Source: Candidatus Nanohaloarchaea archaeon | GTDB lineage: Archaea > Nanohalarchaeota > Nanosalinia > Nanosalinales > Nanosalinaceae | NCBI GenBank assembly: GCA_013343275.1 | Contig: CP046106.1 | Span: forward strand, 576,001 to 640,000 | Direction of reading: 5' to 3' | Length of the DNA stretch: 64,000 nucleotides | Part shown: in pieces, positions 25,445 to 34,366 of the stretch | Numbering within the stretch: the first letter of the stretch is position 1 | How the letters are laid out: each line of letters begins with the position of its first letter | Translations under genes and position numbers: made by a program | Notes under the pieces: generated by a model | What the model was told of the DNA's origin: nothing | What the model saw: the letters and a program-made list of their open reading frames with translations, nothing else | Database searches by the model: none

Positions 25445-26380
25445 CTAGACAACCATCATACCTATACCGGCAGTCAAGGCCATTGAAAGAAGGAATGCTC
25501 CTATCCATGCGGCTGCCGTCCTGCCGATCTTCTTCGGATCTGTGTTGGATTTTCCTTCTACAAGGCCTGATCCTATAACAGATGCTATGACTGCTTCGTT
25601 GAAGGAGATCGGTATTCCGTAGAATATTCCTATCTGGGCAAGTATAGCTGCTGTTCCAAGGGCTGCAACACTTCTTCGAGGCCCGATATTGGAGTAGTCG
25701 AATGATATAGCTCTGATTATCCGTGGACTGTACAGCCAGGCACCCATCAGGATTGAGAGGCCGCCCATCAGCAGCAGGGCGCTGGTTGAAGATATCAGTC
25801 CTGTCAAGGGGCCTACTGCAAGGCCGACTGCTGATGCTCCTGCGGAGTAGGCTACGTAGCTCCCTGTGAGAAGTAGCAGTAGTCGGATCTCTCTTTCCGA
25901 GTCTTCCTTCGAGACATATTTCCTGAGGAGTTTGGCGATAGTGTAGCTGAGGCCTACCGAGAGGAAAGGTATTGCTATCCAGTACGCAAAGATCTTGCTT
26001 ATCCCGGAAAGCAGTATCGGGTTGCCGAACGCCAGGCCGCTCCCTATAACCGCTCCTATAACTGTAAAGGCTGTAGGCATAGGGTAGTCTCCCATAACCG
26101 ATATTATAACCAGGCCGGCAGCTACGAAAAGTATCAGTGCGGCCTGAGCTGTCTGAATCTGACCTCCTATTATTCCGGAGCCGACAGTTGATGTAACGTT
26201 CTGACCCTGAGTTAAAGCCCCGAGAAAAGCGAAGAAGCCGGCGAAAAGTGCGGAGCGCAGAACGTTAGCTGATCGAGCGCTGTTAACCGGGCCGAAAGCC
26301 GATGCTACTGTAGAGGCGCCGATAGATATCCCCATAAAGATTGAGGCCGCGAGCGCTGATACGTAGAGGAGTTCCTGCAT
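25445..26380 (-). CDS. PiT-family inorganic phosphate transporter
   Basis: Duplicated GA..VA.AFG / GA.AVG.AVG signature, GIPISFN, multi-TM. Confidence 0.85.
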   Translation of the reverse strand: MQELLYVSALAASIFMGISIGASTVASAFGPVNSARSANVLRSALFAGFFAFLGALTQGQNVTSTVGSGIIGGQIQTAQAALILFVAAGLVIISVMGDYPMPTAFTVIGAVIGSGLAFGNPILLSGISKIFAYWIAIPFLSVGLSYTIAKLLRKYVSKEDSEREIRLLLLLTGSYVAYSAGASAVGLAVGPLTGLISSTSALLLMGGLSILMGAWLYSPRIIRAISFDYSNIGPRRSVAALGTAAILAQIGIFYGIPISFNEAVIASVIGSGLVEGKSNTDPKKIGRTAAAWIGAFLLSMALTAGIGMMVV

Positions 26381-26955
26381 TATTCTTCCTCTCTAAAGTT
26401 TTCTTTCAGGCCTTCTCTTTTCTCTTCTTCTGGCACTGCTACATCCATCTCGAACTTGCCGTTCTTCTTGTCCTTTATATCGACTGAGAAGTCCTCTGTA
26501 TCCAGATAGTAAGGGTTAAATCTCAGAGTTATCCATGAGTAGATCGCAGACTCTATCTTCCTGAGCAGGCCTGCAATGCGAGAGTAAAAGGGTTTGGCAG
26601 CTTCTTCAGATGCTTCAATTATTTCCTTGTCCGGAACCTGTTTCTTCGCAGCCTTCTGACCTGCCTCTGCCATTTTACCGGAGGCCTCTTTCAGGTCGTT
26701 CCTAACTCCGTCGCTTTCCTTCTCCAGCTTCTTCTCCTTCATAACTGCTTCGTCAACAGTTTTCCGCTTGACATCGCTCTCAGATTCCTCTACCTTCGGC
26801 CTCCATTCTCCGAACTTCTCCAGAGACTCGGCCTCCGAGCCGGATTTCTCCATTATATCTTCTACTTCTTCCCCGAACTCGGCTATCTCCTTCCAGTTTC
26901 CGTTTTTCTTAACGCCAGAGTTAGTCTCATTCACAGAGTCCTCATCTTCCGCCAT
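26380..26955 (-). CDS. DUF5828-like protein
   Basis: SGVK..G.W.EIAEFGE, EWRPK, KTVDEA, PYYLD pattern recalled from haloarchaeal DUF5828; coupled to the PiT gene. Confidence 0.65.
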   Translation of the reverse strand: MAEDEDSVNETNSGVKKNGNWKEIAEFGEEVEDIMEKSGSEAESLEKFGEWRPKVEESESDVKRKTVDEAVMKEKKLEKESDGVRNDLKEASGKMAEAGQKAAKKQVPDKEIIEASEEAAKPFYSRIAGLLRKIESAIYSWITLRFNPYYLDTEDFSVDIKDKKNGKFEMDVAVPEEEKREGLKENFREEE

Positions 26956-26991
26956 CTATACCATGTAGAAGATGCAGGCGTCTATTAACCT

Positions 26992-27582
26992 TTACGGTTC
27001 AGAGACCTTATCCATCAGATCGGAGAAAACAGTTTCTTTAGACTGCGACGCATCCACAAGAAAAATACTTTCATCCAGTTCATCAACCAGCTCTCTGTAT
27101 CTGACAACCACTTTCTCCTGGAAATCCAGCTCCTCAAATATATTGCCGTCACGGCCTCTATCATCAACCCGTTCCATACCTATCTCAGCAGAAACATCCA
27201 GTACAACAGTTAAGTCGGGTCTCAAGGCCTCACTGTTCAATTCCTTCACCCAGCCGAACTCTGCTCCGAGAACAGGCTGGTAAACCAGAGAAGAGTGATA
27301 GTACCGATCACATACAACAGTCTGGCCTTCCATCAGCCTCGGGATTACTTCCTCCTCCAGATGCACCATTCTATCTGCCGCAAAACCTAATGCAATGGCC
27401 TCCGGAGAGTACTCATCTGAGGAAATCATTTCGTCAACTTTCTCACCTACAGAGTTAGCTGCAGGTTCATGCGTCCAGAAAGCGTCAAGCTCTTCAGCCA
27501 GTTTCTTCGACTGCGTCGTGGTACCAGCGCCGTCAGCACCTTCAACCACGATAAAAGTTCCAGGAAAGTCCTCTGATCTCAC
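26992..27582 (-). CDS. tmk: Thymidylate kinase
   Basis: FIVVEGADGAGTTT, HEP, FAADR, CDRYYHSSLVYQ, PDLT. Confidence 0.93.
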   Translation of the reverse strand: MRSEDFPGTFIVVEGADGAGTTTQSKKLAEELDAFWTHEPAANSVGEKVDEMISSDEYSPEAIALGFAADRMVHLEEEVIPRLMEGQTVVCDRYYHSSLVYQPVLGAEFGWVKELNSEALRPDLTVVLDVSAEIGMERVDDRGRDGNIFEELDFQEKVVVRYRELVDELDESIFLVDASQSKETVFSDLMDKVSEP

Positions 27583-27660
27583 ACCGAGAAATTACTTCTG
27601 AGAGCTTTTTGTACCTATCCATCCGCCAGGTTTAAACAGTTACGACCTGAAGTCCTGAAT

Positions 27661-28305
27661 ATGAAAACAGATGAGCTCAAGAGCATAGGCCTCAGCGCAG
27701 CACTCATACTGGCAAATATCGCAGTAATGTGGGTCTTCGCGTTCACACCGCTCTCACAAATCTCTGAAATAGTATTCACACACCTTATCCTCGGAGTAAT
27801 ATTCTACGGAATACTTCTGACAGCAGGAGTACACCTCGCAAAGAGCGGGATAAGAAACAGCGACAGCAAAAAGGCCTGGACAGGCACAGGAGTACTGCAG
27901 TTCGCCTACGGCATATTCGGAGCCGGAGTACTCAGCATGGTAGGCCCGAAAACACAGGCCCTCGCACTTGGAGCCACAGCAGTAATAACAACAGGAATAA
28001 CAGTTATCAGCGGCCTGGCAGTCTACCTGACAGACCACAACTTCTCCTCATGGCAGCGATACTCAAACTACCTTTTCATGGGAGTATTCCTCATGGCCCT
28101 CATAGGAACATTCACCGCACCACTGGCAATCCTGGCCTTCATCCTTGCACTGCTCGGATTCATAACCTACCTGGTCTACGAAATCTGGGATATGAAACAG
28201 AGGCCCTCCAGCATCTACCTCAACGGCATCGGTATCTACGTGGCCTTCATGGGAGTCTTCGTCCAGATCCTCCAGCTAGTTATCGAGATGATGGCCGACA
28301 GATAA
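27661..28305 (+). CDS. 7-TM membrane protein, Bax inhibitor-1/YccA-like
   Basis: Seven hydrophobic segments, YLVYE, IYVAFMGVFVQILQL. Confidence 0.55.
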   Translation: MKTDELKSIGLSAALILANIAVMWVFAFTPLSQISEIVFTHLILGVIFYGILLTAGVHLAKSGIRNSDSKKAWTGTGVLQFAYGIFGAGVLSMVGPKTQALALGATAVITTGITVISGLAVYLTDHNFSSWQRYSNYLFMGVFLMALIGTFTAPLAILAFILALLGFITYLVYEIWDMKQRPSSIYLNGIGIYVAFMGVFVQILQLVIEMMADR

Positions 28306-28373
28306 CATCTTCCCCCTATTCCTTTTTTCTATAACCTGAAAGCTTAAACAGGAGGAAAAACCATCTGTGTTAC

Positions 28374-30506
28374 ATGAAGCATAAAGCTCTAGCCGCAGCA
28401 CTAATCGTACTTCTAACCCTCCCAGCAGCATCAGCACAGATCAGCGACAGCCTGCAGGAAAAACTCTCTCAAACACCCGGCACCGAAAGAGTCGATGTCA
28501 TAATTTTAACAGCCAGGAACGCCAGCGATCAGGCGAAGAAAGCAGTTAGGCAGGCCGGAGGAAACGTTAAACATGAATTCAACTTGATAAACGGAGTGGC
28601 AGTTAGTATACCAGAGGTAGCAGCGGAAAACCTGGCCAGCAAAGATTTTGTCCGGGAGATACAGCCTGACTTCAAGGTAGAGACAGTTCTAAGCGAAAGC
28701 ACACAGACAGTAAACGCAGAGAAAGTCTGGAACAAAAACGCGACAGGAGAGAACATCGATGTGGCCGTACTGGATACCGGAATCGAAGATAACACCATAC
28801 TTGATGTGGAAAAGCAGGTTTACTACGCCGGAAGCGATACTGACGACCTGAACGGTCACGGAACACACGTCGCAGGGATAGTAGCCTCACCAAACGAAAG
28901 ATACACAGGCGTAGCCCCCGGAGCAGATCTGTTCGACGTTAAAGTACTTGAAAGCGAAGGAACTGGATCCGCATCAGACGTGATCGAAGGCCTGGAGTAC
29001 GCAGTCAACAACGGCGCTGAAATCGCTACATTAAGCCTTGGCGCACAAGTAGAGACATGTGACGGTTCAAGCGCACTCTCAGAAGCAGTAAACAACGCCG
29101 TCGAGAAAGGTCTTGTCGTAACTGTCGCCGCAGGGAACGCAGGGCCGGAAGATCAGACGATTACAGCTCCAGGATGTGCGGAACGGGCGCTTACCGTAGG
29201 CTCCAGTAGCAACGGCGAAGTCTCCGAGTTCTCCAGCAGAGGCCCTACAGCTGACGGCCGTACAAAACCAGATCTAGTTGCCCCAGGAGAACGTATTACC
29301 TCACTCTGGAAGAACTCCGGGAACAGCCCGCAGTTCAACACTCTTTCAGGTACTTCAATGGCCACACCTCACGTGGCAGGTGCAGCAGCGATCCTGCTGG
29401 CGGAGAAGTCAGGCCTGACACCAAGAGAAGTTAAGAACATAACCACCTACACAGCCACGGATCTGGAGTATCCTGATGATGCGCAGGGTAGCGGCCGACT
29501 GAACGTGTACGCAGCATATCAGGCCGTCACTGAACCAAATCAGACTGGAAGCTCGGAAAACAACGCCCCTTCAATCAGCGTAGTAGGTTCAACCGTAAAC
29601 ACAACAGGAGAAATAACAGCTGAACTCAAAGTTAACGTCTCAGACCCAGACAACAGCTCTCTAAACACATCTTTCTACATTGACGGAGAGCTCAGATCCA
29701 AGGTCGAAGGCTACGGAGTTACGACCTACACAGCCACGAATCTCAGCGCCAACACCACATACAACTGGAGTGCTGGGACAACAGACGGCATTAACACAAG
29801 CCGAACAGCTGTAAAGACCTTCAGCACAGAAATTAGGGAAGAAAGCAACCGGACTGAAAATGTGACCGGGCCTCTCCCTCCAGGAATCAGAAAGAAGGAA
29901 GAAAAGCCTCCAGCATTCCAGTGGGGCTTACCAGCATTCCTGAGACCTGATTTCTCATTCCCTGGCAACTTCTTCCAGGGGATCAGCCAGAGTATAGGTC
30001 TGGGCCAGCAGAAACAGCAGCCGGAAAAGAAAAGAAGTCCAAAAACAGAGAACCCAGAACAGGCCCAGAAAGCCACAGAAAGCAGATCAGGAAAACCCGT
30101 CGGACAGAAAGACCAGAAACCAGGAAAGAAAGCGCAGAAAACGGAAGAAAAAGGCAGTAATCTCGAACAGGCTAACAGCAAATCTCCTAACCTTGAGAAA
30201 AAACCCGGAAAGGCCAAAAACAGCTCGGAAACTTCAGATAAGGATCGAGGATCTTCAAAAGCCAGAAACGCTACAGAAGCAAGGAGTCCGGAAGCAGGAA
30301 AGAAGAACCAGTCCAGAGAAAAACAAGGCAAGAAGAGAGGTAGTGACGCAGAGGCGAAAGCAGGTGCCAACGCATCTATTGAGACAGGGAACGGAAAAGC
30401 ATCAGCAAAAGCCGAAGGAAAGGCCTCAGCAGAGAAGAAATCAGGAGAGGAGAAAGAACCGGGAAAAGGGCCTCTGAACAGGGCCGCGGGTTTTTCTGAC
30501 CGGTAG
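28374..30506 (+). CDS. Secreted subtilisin-like S8 serine protease with I9 propeptide and Lys-rich tail
   Basis: Signal peptide; [27 protein letters not shown] catalytic motifs. Confidence 0.93.
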   Translation: MKHKALAAALIVLLTLPAASAQISDSLQEKLSQTPGTERVDVIILTARNASDQAKKAVRQAGGNVKHEFNLINGVAVSIPEVAAENLASKDFVREIQPDFKVETVLSESTQTVNAEKVWNKNATGENIDVAVLDTGIEDNTILDVEKQVYYAGSDTDDLNGHGTHVAGIVASPNERYTGVAPGADLFDVKVLESEGTGSASDVIEGLEYAVNNGAEIATLSLGAQVETCDGSSALSEAVNNAVEKGLVVTVAAGNAGPEDQTITAPGCAERALTVGSSSNGEVSEFSSRGPTADGRTKPDLVAPGERITSLWKNSGNSPQFNTLSGTSMATPHVAGAAAILLAEKSGLTPREVKNITTYTATDLEYPDDAQGSGRLNVYAAYQAVTEPNQTGSSENNAPSISVVGSTVNTTGEITAELKVNVSDPDNSSLNTSFYIDGELRSKVEGYGVTTYTATNLSANTTYNWSAGTTDGINTSRTAVKTFSTEIREESNRTENVTGPLPPGIRKKEEKPPAFQWGLPAFLRPDFSFPGNFFQGISQSIGLGQQKQQPEKKRSPKTENPEQAQKATESRSGKPVGQKDQKPGKKAQKTEEKGSNLEQANSKSPNLEKKPGKAKNSSETSDKDRGSSKARNATEARSPEAGKKNQSREKQGKKRGSDAEAKAGANASIETGNGKASAKAEGKASAEKKSGEEKEPGKGPLNRAAGFSDR

Positions 30507-30570
30507 ATGGTTCATGGGCTTCCTCGGCTGAATCGAAAGACAGTTATGACTTAAAGCAGAATACTGTAAC

Positions 30571-31833
30571 ATGAAGCACCGAGATCTCTCCGAGGCCGAT
30601 CCCGAAGTCCACAAAGCACTGAAGAACGAGATTGAGAGGCAGGAAAGCGAGTCCCTTGAGATGATCGCGTCCGAAAACTTTGTGCCGAAACAGGTGCTCC
30701 AGGCCCAGGGATCAGTACTGACGAACAAGTACGCAGAAGGTTATCCCGGAAACAGATACTACGCCGGATGCGAGCACCACGACCGTGTTGAAAACTTAGC
30801 GCGGGAACGGGCCTGCGAAATATTCGATGCAGATCACGCGAATGTTCAGCCGCATTCAGGTTCTCAGGCCAACTTTGCAGCATATTTCTCACAGCTCGAG
30901 GCCGGCGACAAAATACTGGGGCCAGTACTATCCCACGGGGGACATTTAACGCACGGACACGGCGTAAACTTCTCAGGCGACCTGTTCAACTTCGAGACCT
31001 ACGGAATCAACGATGAAACGGAGAGATTTGAGAAAGAAGACGTAATGGAGGCCGCAAAGGAACACAATCCGGATCTAATCGTCTGTGGATACTCTGCCTA
31101 CCCACGCGAGATAGATTTCGAGATGTTCAGAGATGTCGCTGACGAAGTCGGATCATTACTCATGTGTGATATCGCTCATATCTCAGGCCTTGTAGCTGCT
31201 GGAGAGCACCCAAATCCATTCCCACAGTGCGACATAGTCACAACTACCACTCACAAGTCTATTAGAGGCGCCCGCGGAGGAATGATCCTGTGCAAGGAGG
31301 AATTCGCTGATGATGTAGATTCAGCAGTATTTCCGTACAGCCAGGGAGGGCCTCTGATGCATCAGATCGCAGGAAAAGCTGTATGCCTGAAAGAAGCTCA
31401 GAAATCAGAGTTCAAGGATTACGCAGAGCAAATCAAGAAGAACACGAAGGCGCTGGCGGAAGGCCTTCGTGAAGAAGGTCTGAAAATGGTTTCAGGCGGT
31501 ACGGATAATCACCTGGTGCTTGTCGACCTGAGAGACGAAGAGGTAAGCGGAAAGGAAGCTGAAGAGGCCCTGGAGGAGGCAGATATAGTTGTTAACAAGA
31601 ACGCTGTGCCTTACGATCCCAAACCCCCTATGGTTACCTCCGGTATCAGGATCGGAGCCCCTGCACTGACAACCCGGGGAATGGAGGAAGAAGAGCTAAG
31701 TGAGATCGGAGAGATGATCGGAAAAATAGTGAAGAACCCTGAAGATGAAGGCCTGAAGTCGGAGATACAGGAGAGAGTTTCAGAGTTGCTTGACGATTTT
31801 CCTCTGTACGAGGATTCAGATGTCGAGATCTAG
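30571..31833 (+). CDS. glyA: Serine hydroxymethyltransferase
   Basis: [44 protein letters not shown]. Confidence 0.97.
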   Translation: MKHRDLSEADPEVHKALKNEIERQESESLEMIASENFVPKQVLQAQGSVLTNKYAEGYPGNRYYAGCEHHDRVENLARERACEIFDADHANVQPHSGSQANFAAYFSQLEAGDKILGPVLSHGGHLTHGHGVNFSGDLFNFETYGINDETERFEKEDVMEAAKEHNPDLIVCGYSAYPREIDFEMFRDVADEVGSLLMCDIAHISGLVAAGEHPNPFPQCDIVTTTTHKSIRGARGGMILCKEEFADDVDSAVFPYSQGGPLMHQIAGKAVCLKEAQKSEFKDYAEQIKKNTKALAEGLREEGLKMVSGGTDNHLVLVDLRDEEVSGKEAEEALEEADIVVNKNAVPYDPKPPMVTSGIRIGAPALTTRGMEEEELSEIGEMIGKIVKNPEDEGLKSEIQERVSELLDDFPLYEDSDVEI

Positions 31834-32060
31834 CGGTACATGTCTCCAAAATCGAAGTCATCCCAGTCAGGTTCTTCATCCAGACAGAAATCGTAGTGGT
31901 TGTCGGTAAGCAGACAGGTCATACCGTACTCGAAATCGTACATAGAACTCAGAGGCCTTGACACATGGATAGACTCCTCTTCTGTTTTACCAGTCACTCT
32001 CTGGTCTACTGAAAGATCTCCCATACGTTCCTCGTTCAGGTACAAAGTATTTTCTTCCAC
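31830..32060 (-). CDS. Hypothetical acidic small protein
   Basis: 76 aa, GTG start, acidic, fills the glyA-thyA gap. Confidence 0.5.
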   Translation of the reverse strand: MEENTLYLNEERMGDLSVDQRVTGKTEEESIHVSRPLSSMYDFEYGMTCLLTDNHYDFCLDEEPDWDDFDFGDMYR

Positions 32061-32127
32061 TTCTCAAACATGGTTCTCAAAATATAAAATAACTCAACTC
32101 GAATCGAATCTTGGAGGGGTTGAATTC

Positions 32128-33216
32128 TTGGAACAGTACCACGAACTGGTAGAGAACATTCTCGAAAACGCAAACTACAGGCCTAACAGGACAGGAGTCG
32201 ACACTTTAAGCACTTTCTCACAGCACTTCAAAGTCGACTTGCAGGAAGGATTTCCGCTGCTGACGACTAAAGACATGTCTGGCTACAGGTGGAACTCTTT
32301 GATCCATGAACTACTTTGGTACTTCTCAGGAGAAGAACACATCAAGAACTTAAGAGAGCACACCAAGATCTGGGACGCATGGGCCGACGAACAAGGCCTT
32401 CTACCGACAGCATACGGCCGTTTCTGGAGGAGATACCCGATCCCTGAAGACGAAGATTTGCTTGAGGGAGAGTGGTGGCCGACAAATACCGACGAATGGA
32501 TCGAAAAAGCAGAAGACCAGTACGATCTCAGCGAGGATGAGATCAGAGAAGGAATCAGCCAGTGGATAAACGAAGAGGAAGATGGAAGAAAAACTTTCGA
32601 CCAGATCCAGTACGTAATCGATACTTTGAATGGCGACCACCCATATAGATCCAAGAACTCGAGGAGACTGATTATCAACGCATGGCACCCGGCCAACGCA
32701 GCAGTCTCAAAGCTTCCACCATGCCACTTCACCTGGGTTCTCAACGTACAGAACGGAAAACTGAACACACACCTCACACAGCGGTCAGGCGATACCGCGC
32801 TCGGAATACCGTTCAATATAGCCGCATACGCACTGATAACCAAGATCATAGCGAAGCAGACTGATCTGGAGCCAGGAAAGTTCTCCCACACGATCGTAGA
32901 CTCCCACATATACTGTGGAAAAGGAGAAAGAGGCCAGTGGTACGAGGAAAACCTCGAGAAACTCAAAGAGAAAGTTTCAGAGGCCTCTGAAAAAGAAGAT
33001 TTCCTCCAGATCAGAGAATGGATAATAGAAAACGCTCCGGAGCAGGAGAAAAACTATGACCATGTTCCAAACCTGTTGAAGCAACTCTCCCGAGAACCAA
33101 GGAAAAGGCCTTCGATCAATCTTCCTGGGAAAAGCATTGAAGAACTGGAGTACGAGGACTTTGAACTGGAAAGCTATGATCCTCATGAAGGCCTTGAGTT
33201 TTCGGTGGCGGAGTGA
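32128..33216 (+). CDS. thyA: Thymidylate synthase
   Basis: NRTGVDT, FPLLTTK, ELLW, IWDAWA, LPPCH, QRSGD, PFN, DSHIY; TTG start at 32128 after GGAGGGGT. Confidence 0.95.
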   Translation: MEQYHELVENILENANYRPNRTGVDTLSTFSQHFKVDLQEGFPLLTTKDMSGYRWNSLIHELLWYFSGEEHIKNLREHTKIWDAWADEQGLLPTAYGRFWRRYPIPEDEDLLEGEWWPTNTDEWIEKAEDQYDLSEDEIREGISQWINEEEDGRKTFDQIQYVIDTLNGDHPYRSKNSRRLIINAWHPANAAVSKLPPCHFTWVLNVQNGKLNTHLTQRSGDTALGIPFNIAAYALITKIIAKQTDLEPGKFSHTIVDSHIYCGKGERGQWYEENLEKLKEKVSEASEKEDFLQIREWIIENAPEQEKNYDHVPNLLKQLSREPRKRPSINLPGKSIEELEYEDFELESYDPHEGLEFSVAE

Positions 33217-33755
33217 TGTCGGACAGCAGGGATCCGGATTACGAGAACGAGATAAGGCCTTTGATAAGGAGTTTCGGTAGAAATGAGTTCCGTGCAAGAG
33301 ATCTAAGTTCTCTAAGTAGTTACTCTCCTCAGGGCCTCGGCCATAAACTGAAGTCAGCAGCGGATAAAGAGGCCTACAGCATAGAGGTTGTAGATCGCTT
33401 TCCTTACGTTTTCCAGGTTCCTGACGAAGAACTGGAAGATATCTCCCCGGAGAGGAATGAAAATGCAGAGTACCTTGAGATTTTCCATATAGGTGAGGCC
33501 TACAGACTGCTACTAGATGAGGGTCAAGAGGAGGATGAAGAATCAGAAAGAGATGGATTTGACGAAGTTTACAGCATGCTTGAGGAAGATGACGAGCTAT
33601 CTGAGAAAGAGGTTCGTAGAGAGTTAAACAATCATATAGATCTGGAGACGATGGGCGCCAGAATGCAGAGAAATGGAGAGCTATTCCAGAATTTCAAGGA
33701 ATACAGAGATGTCGAATACATTTCCGAACAGAAAAAATTCACATTAGAGGGTTAA
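33216..33755 (+). CDS. Hypothetical acidic protein, possible winged-helix domains
   Basis: TGATG coupling to thyA; FRARDLS....SPQGLGHKLK HTH-like segment. Confidence 0.6.
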   Translation: MSDSRDPDYENEIRPLIRSFGRNEFRARDLSSLSSYSPQGLGHKLKSAADKEAYSIEVVDRFPYVFQVPDEELEDISPERNENAEYLEIFHIGEAYRLLLDEGQEEDEESERDGFDEVYSMLEEDDELSEKEVRRELNNHIDLETMGARMQRNGELFQNFKEYRDVEYISEQKKFTLEG

Positions 33756-33757
33756 AA

Positions 33758-34228
33758 ATGGAGAGAATCATTATAGCAGCAGTAGCAGAGAACAATGTAA
33801 TCGGGAAGGATGGAGAGATACCCTGGCATATCCCAGAAGACCTGAAACATTTCAAGGAGAAAACTACAGGCCATCCGGTAATCATGGGCCGTAAAACATT
33901 CGAATCACTGCCAGAAGATTACAGGCCCCTACCTTCTCGTACCAACATAGTACTCACGAAATCAGGGATCGATAGAGAAGACATCAGAGTTGCTGAAAGC
34001 CTTGAAGAGGCCTACAGCATCGCAGAAGAGATCGACGACAAGGCCTTCATCATAGGCGGTGCTTCCGTCTACAAACAGGCCTTACCTGATGCCGACAGAA
34101 TGGTTCTGACAGAAGTGCATAGAGAAGTCGACGGAGATACATACTTCCCGGAGTTTGATGAAGAAAAGTGGAGAGAAATCGAAAGAGAGGAACACGAAGG
34201 ATTTGACTTCGTGACTTACTCGCGGTAG
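33758..34228 (+). CDS. folA: Dihydrofolate reductase
   Basis: IGKDGEIPW, DLKHFK, MGRKTFES, PLPSRTNIV, IIGGASVY, GDTYFP. Confidence 0.96.
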   Translation: MERIIIAAVAENNVIGKDGEIPWHIPEDLKHFKEKTTGHPVIMGRKTFESLPEDYRPLPSRTNIVLTKSGIDREDIRVAESLEEAYSIAEEIDDKAFIIGGASVYKQALPDADRMVLTEVHREVDGDTYFPEFDEEKWREIEREEHEGFDFVTYSR

Positions 34229-34366
34229 TTACCAAGTTTCTCAGGAACTTTCCGGAAATCTACCCTGCCCGTGTACTGGAGCACGGCTACGACAACCAGT
34301 ATCTTCGGTGAGTCATAAGAGTTTTGCACACCTATCCTATGTGTGGGCAATTCAAAATCGGAGGAA

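Noticed and set aside
31900-32127. N-terminal extension of thyA (and similar extensions of pgk, rnhB and GH57 in the ORF track)
   Set aside because: The extensions overlap other genes or promoter regions and lack the acidic composition; downstream starts match family N-termini.
34269-34301. Pseudoknot CCGTG/CACGG with TACTGG/CCAGTA (pistol-ribozyme-like)
   Set aside because: The stems are short, the loop geometry is atypical, and the pistol P2/P3 and conserved GCG core are absent; compatible with chance.
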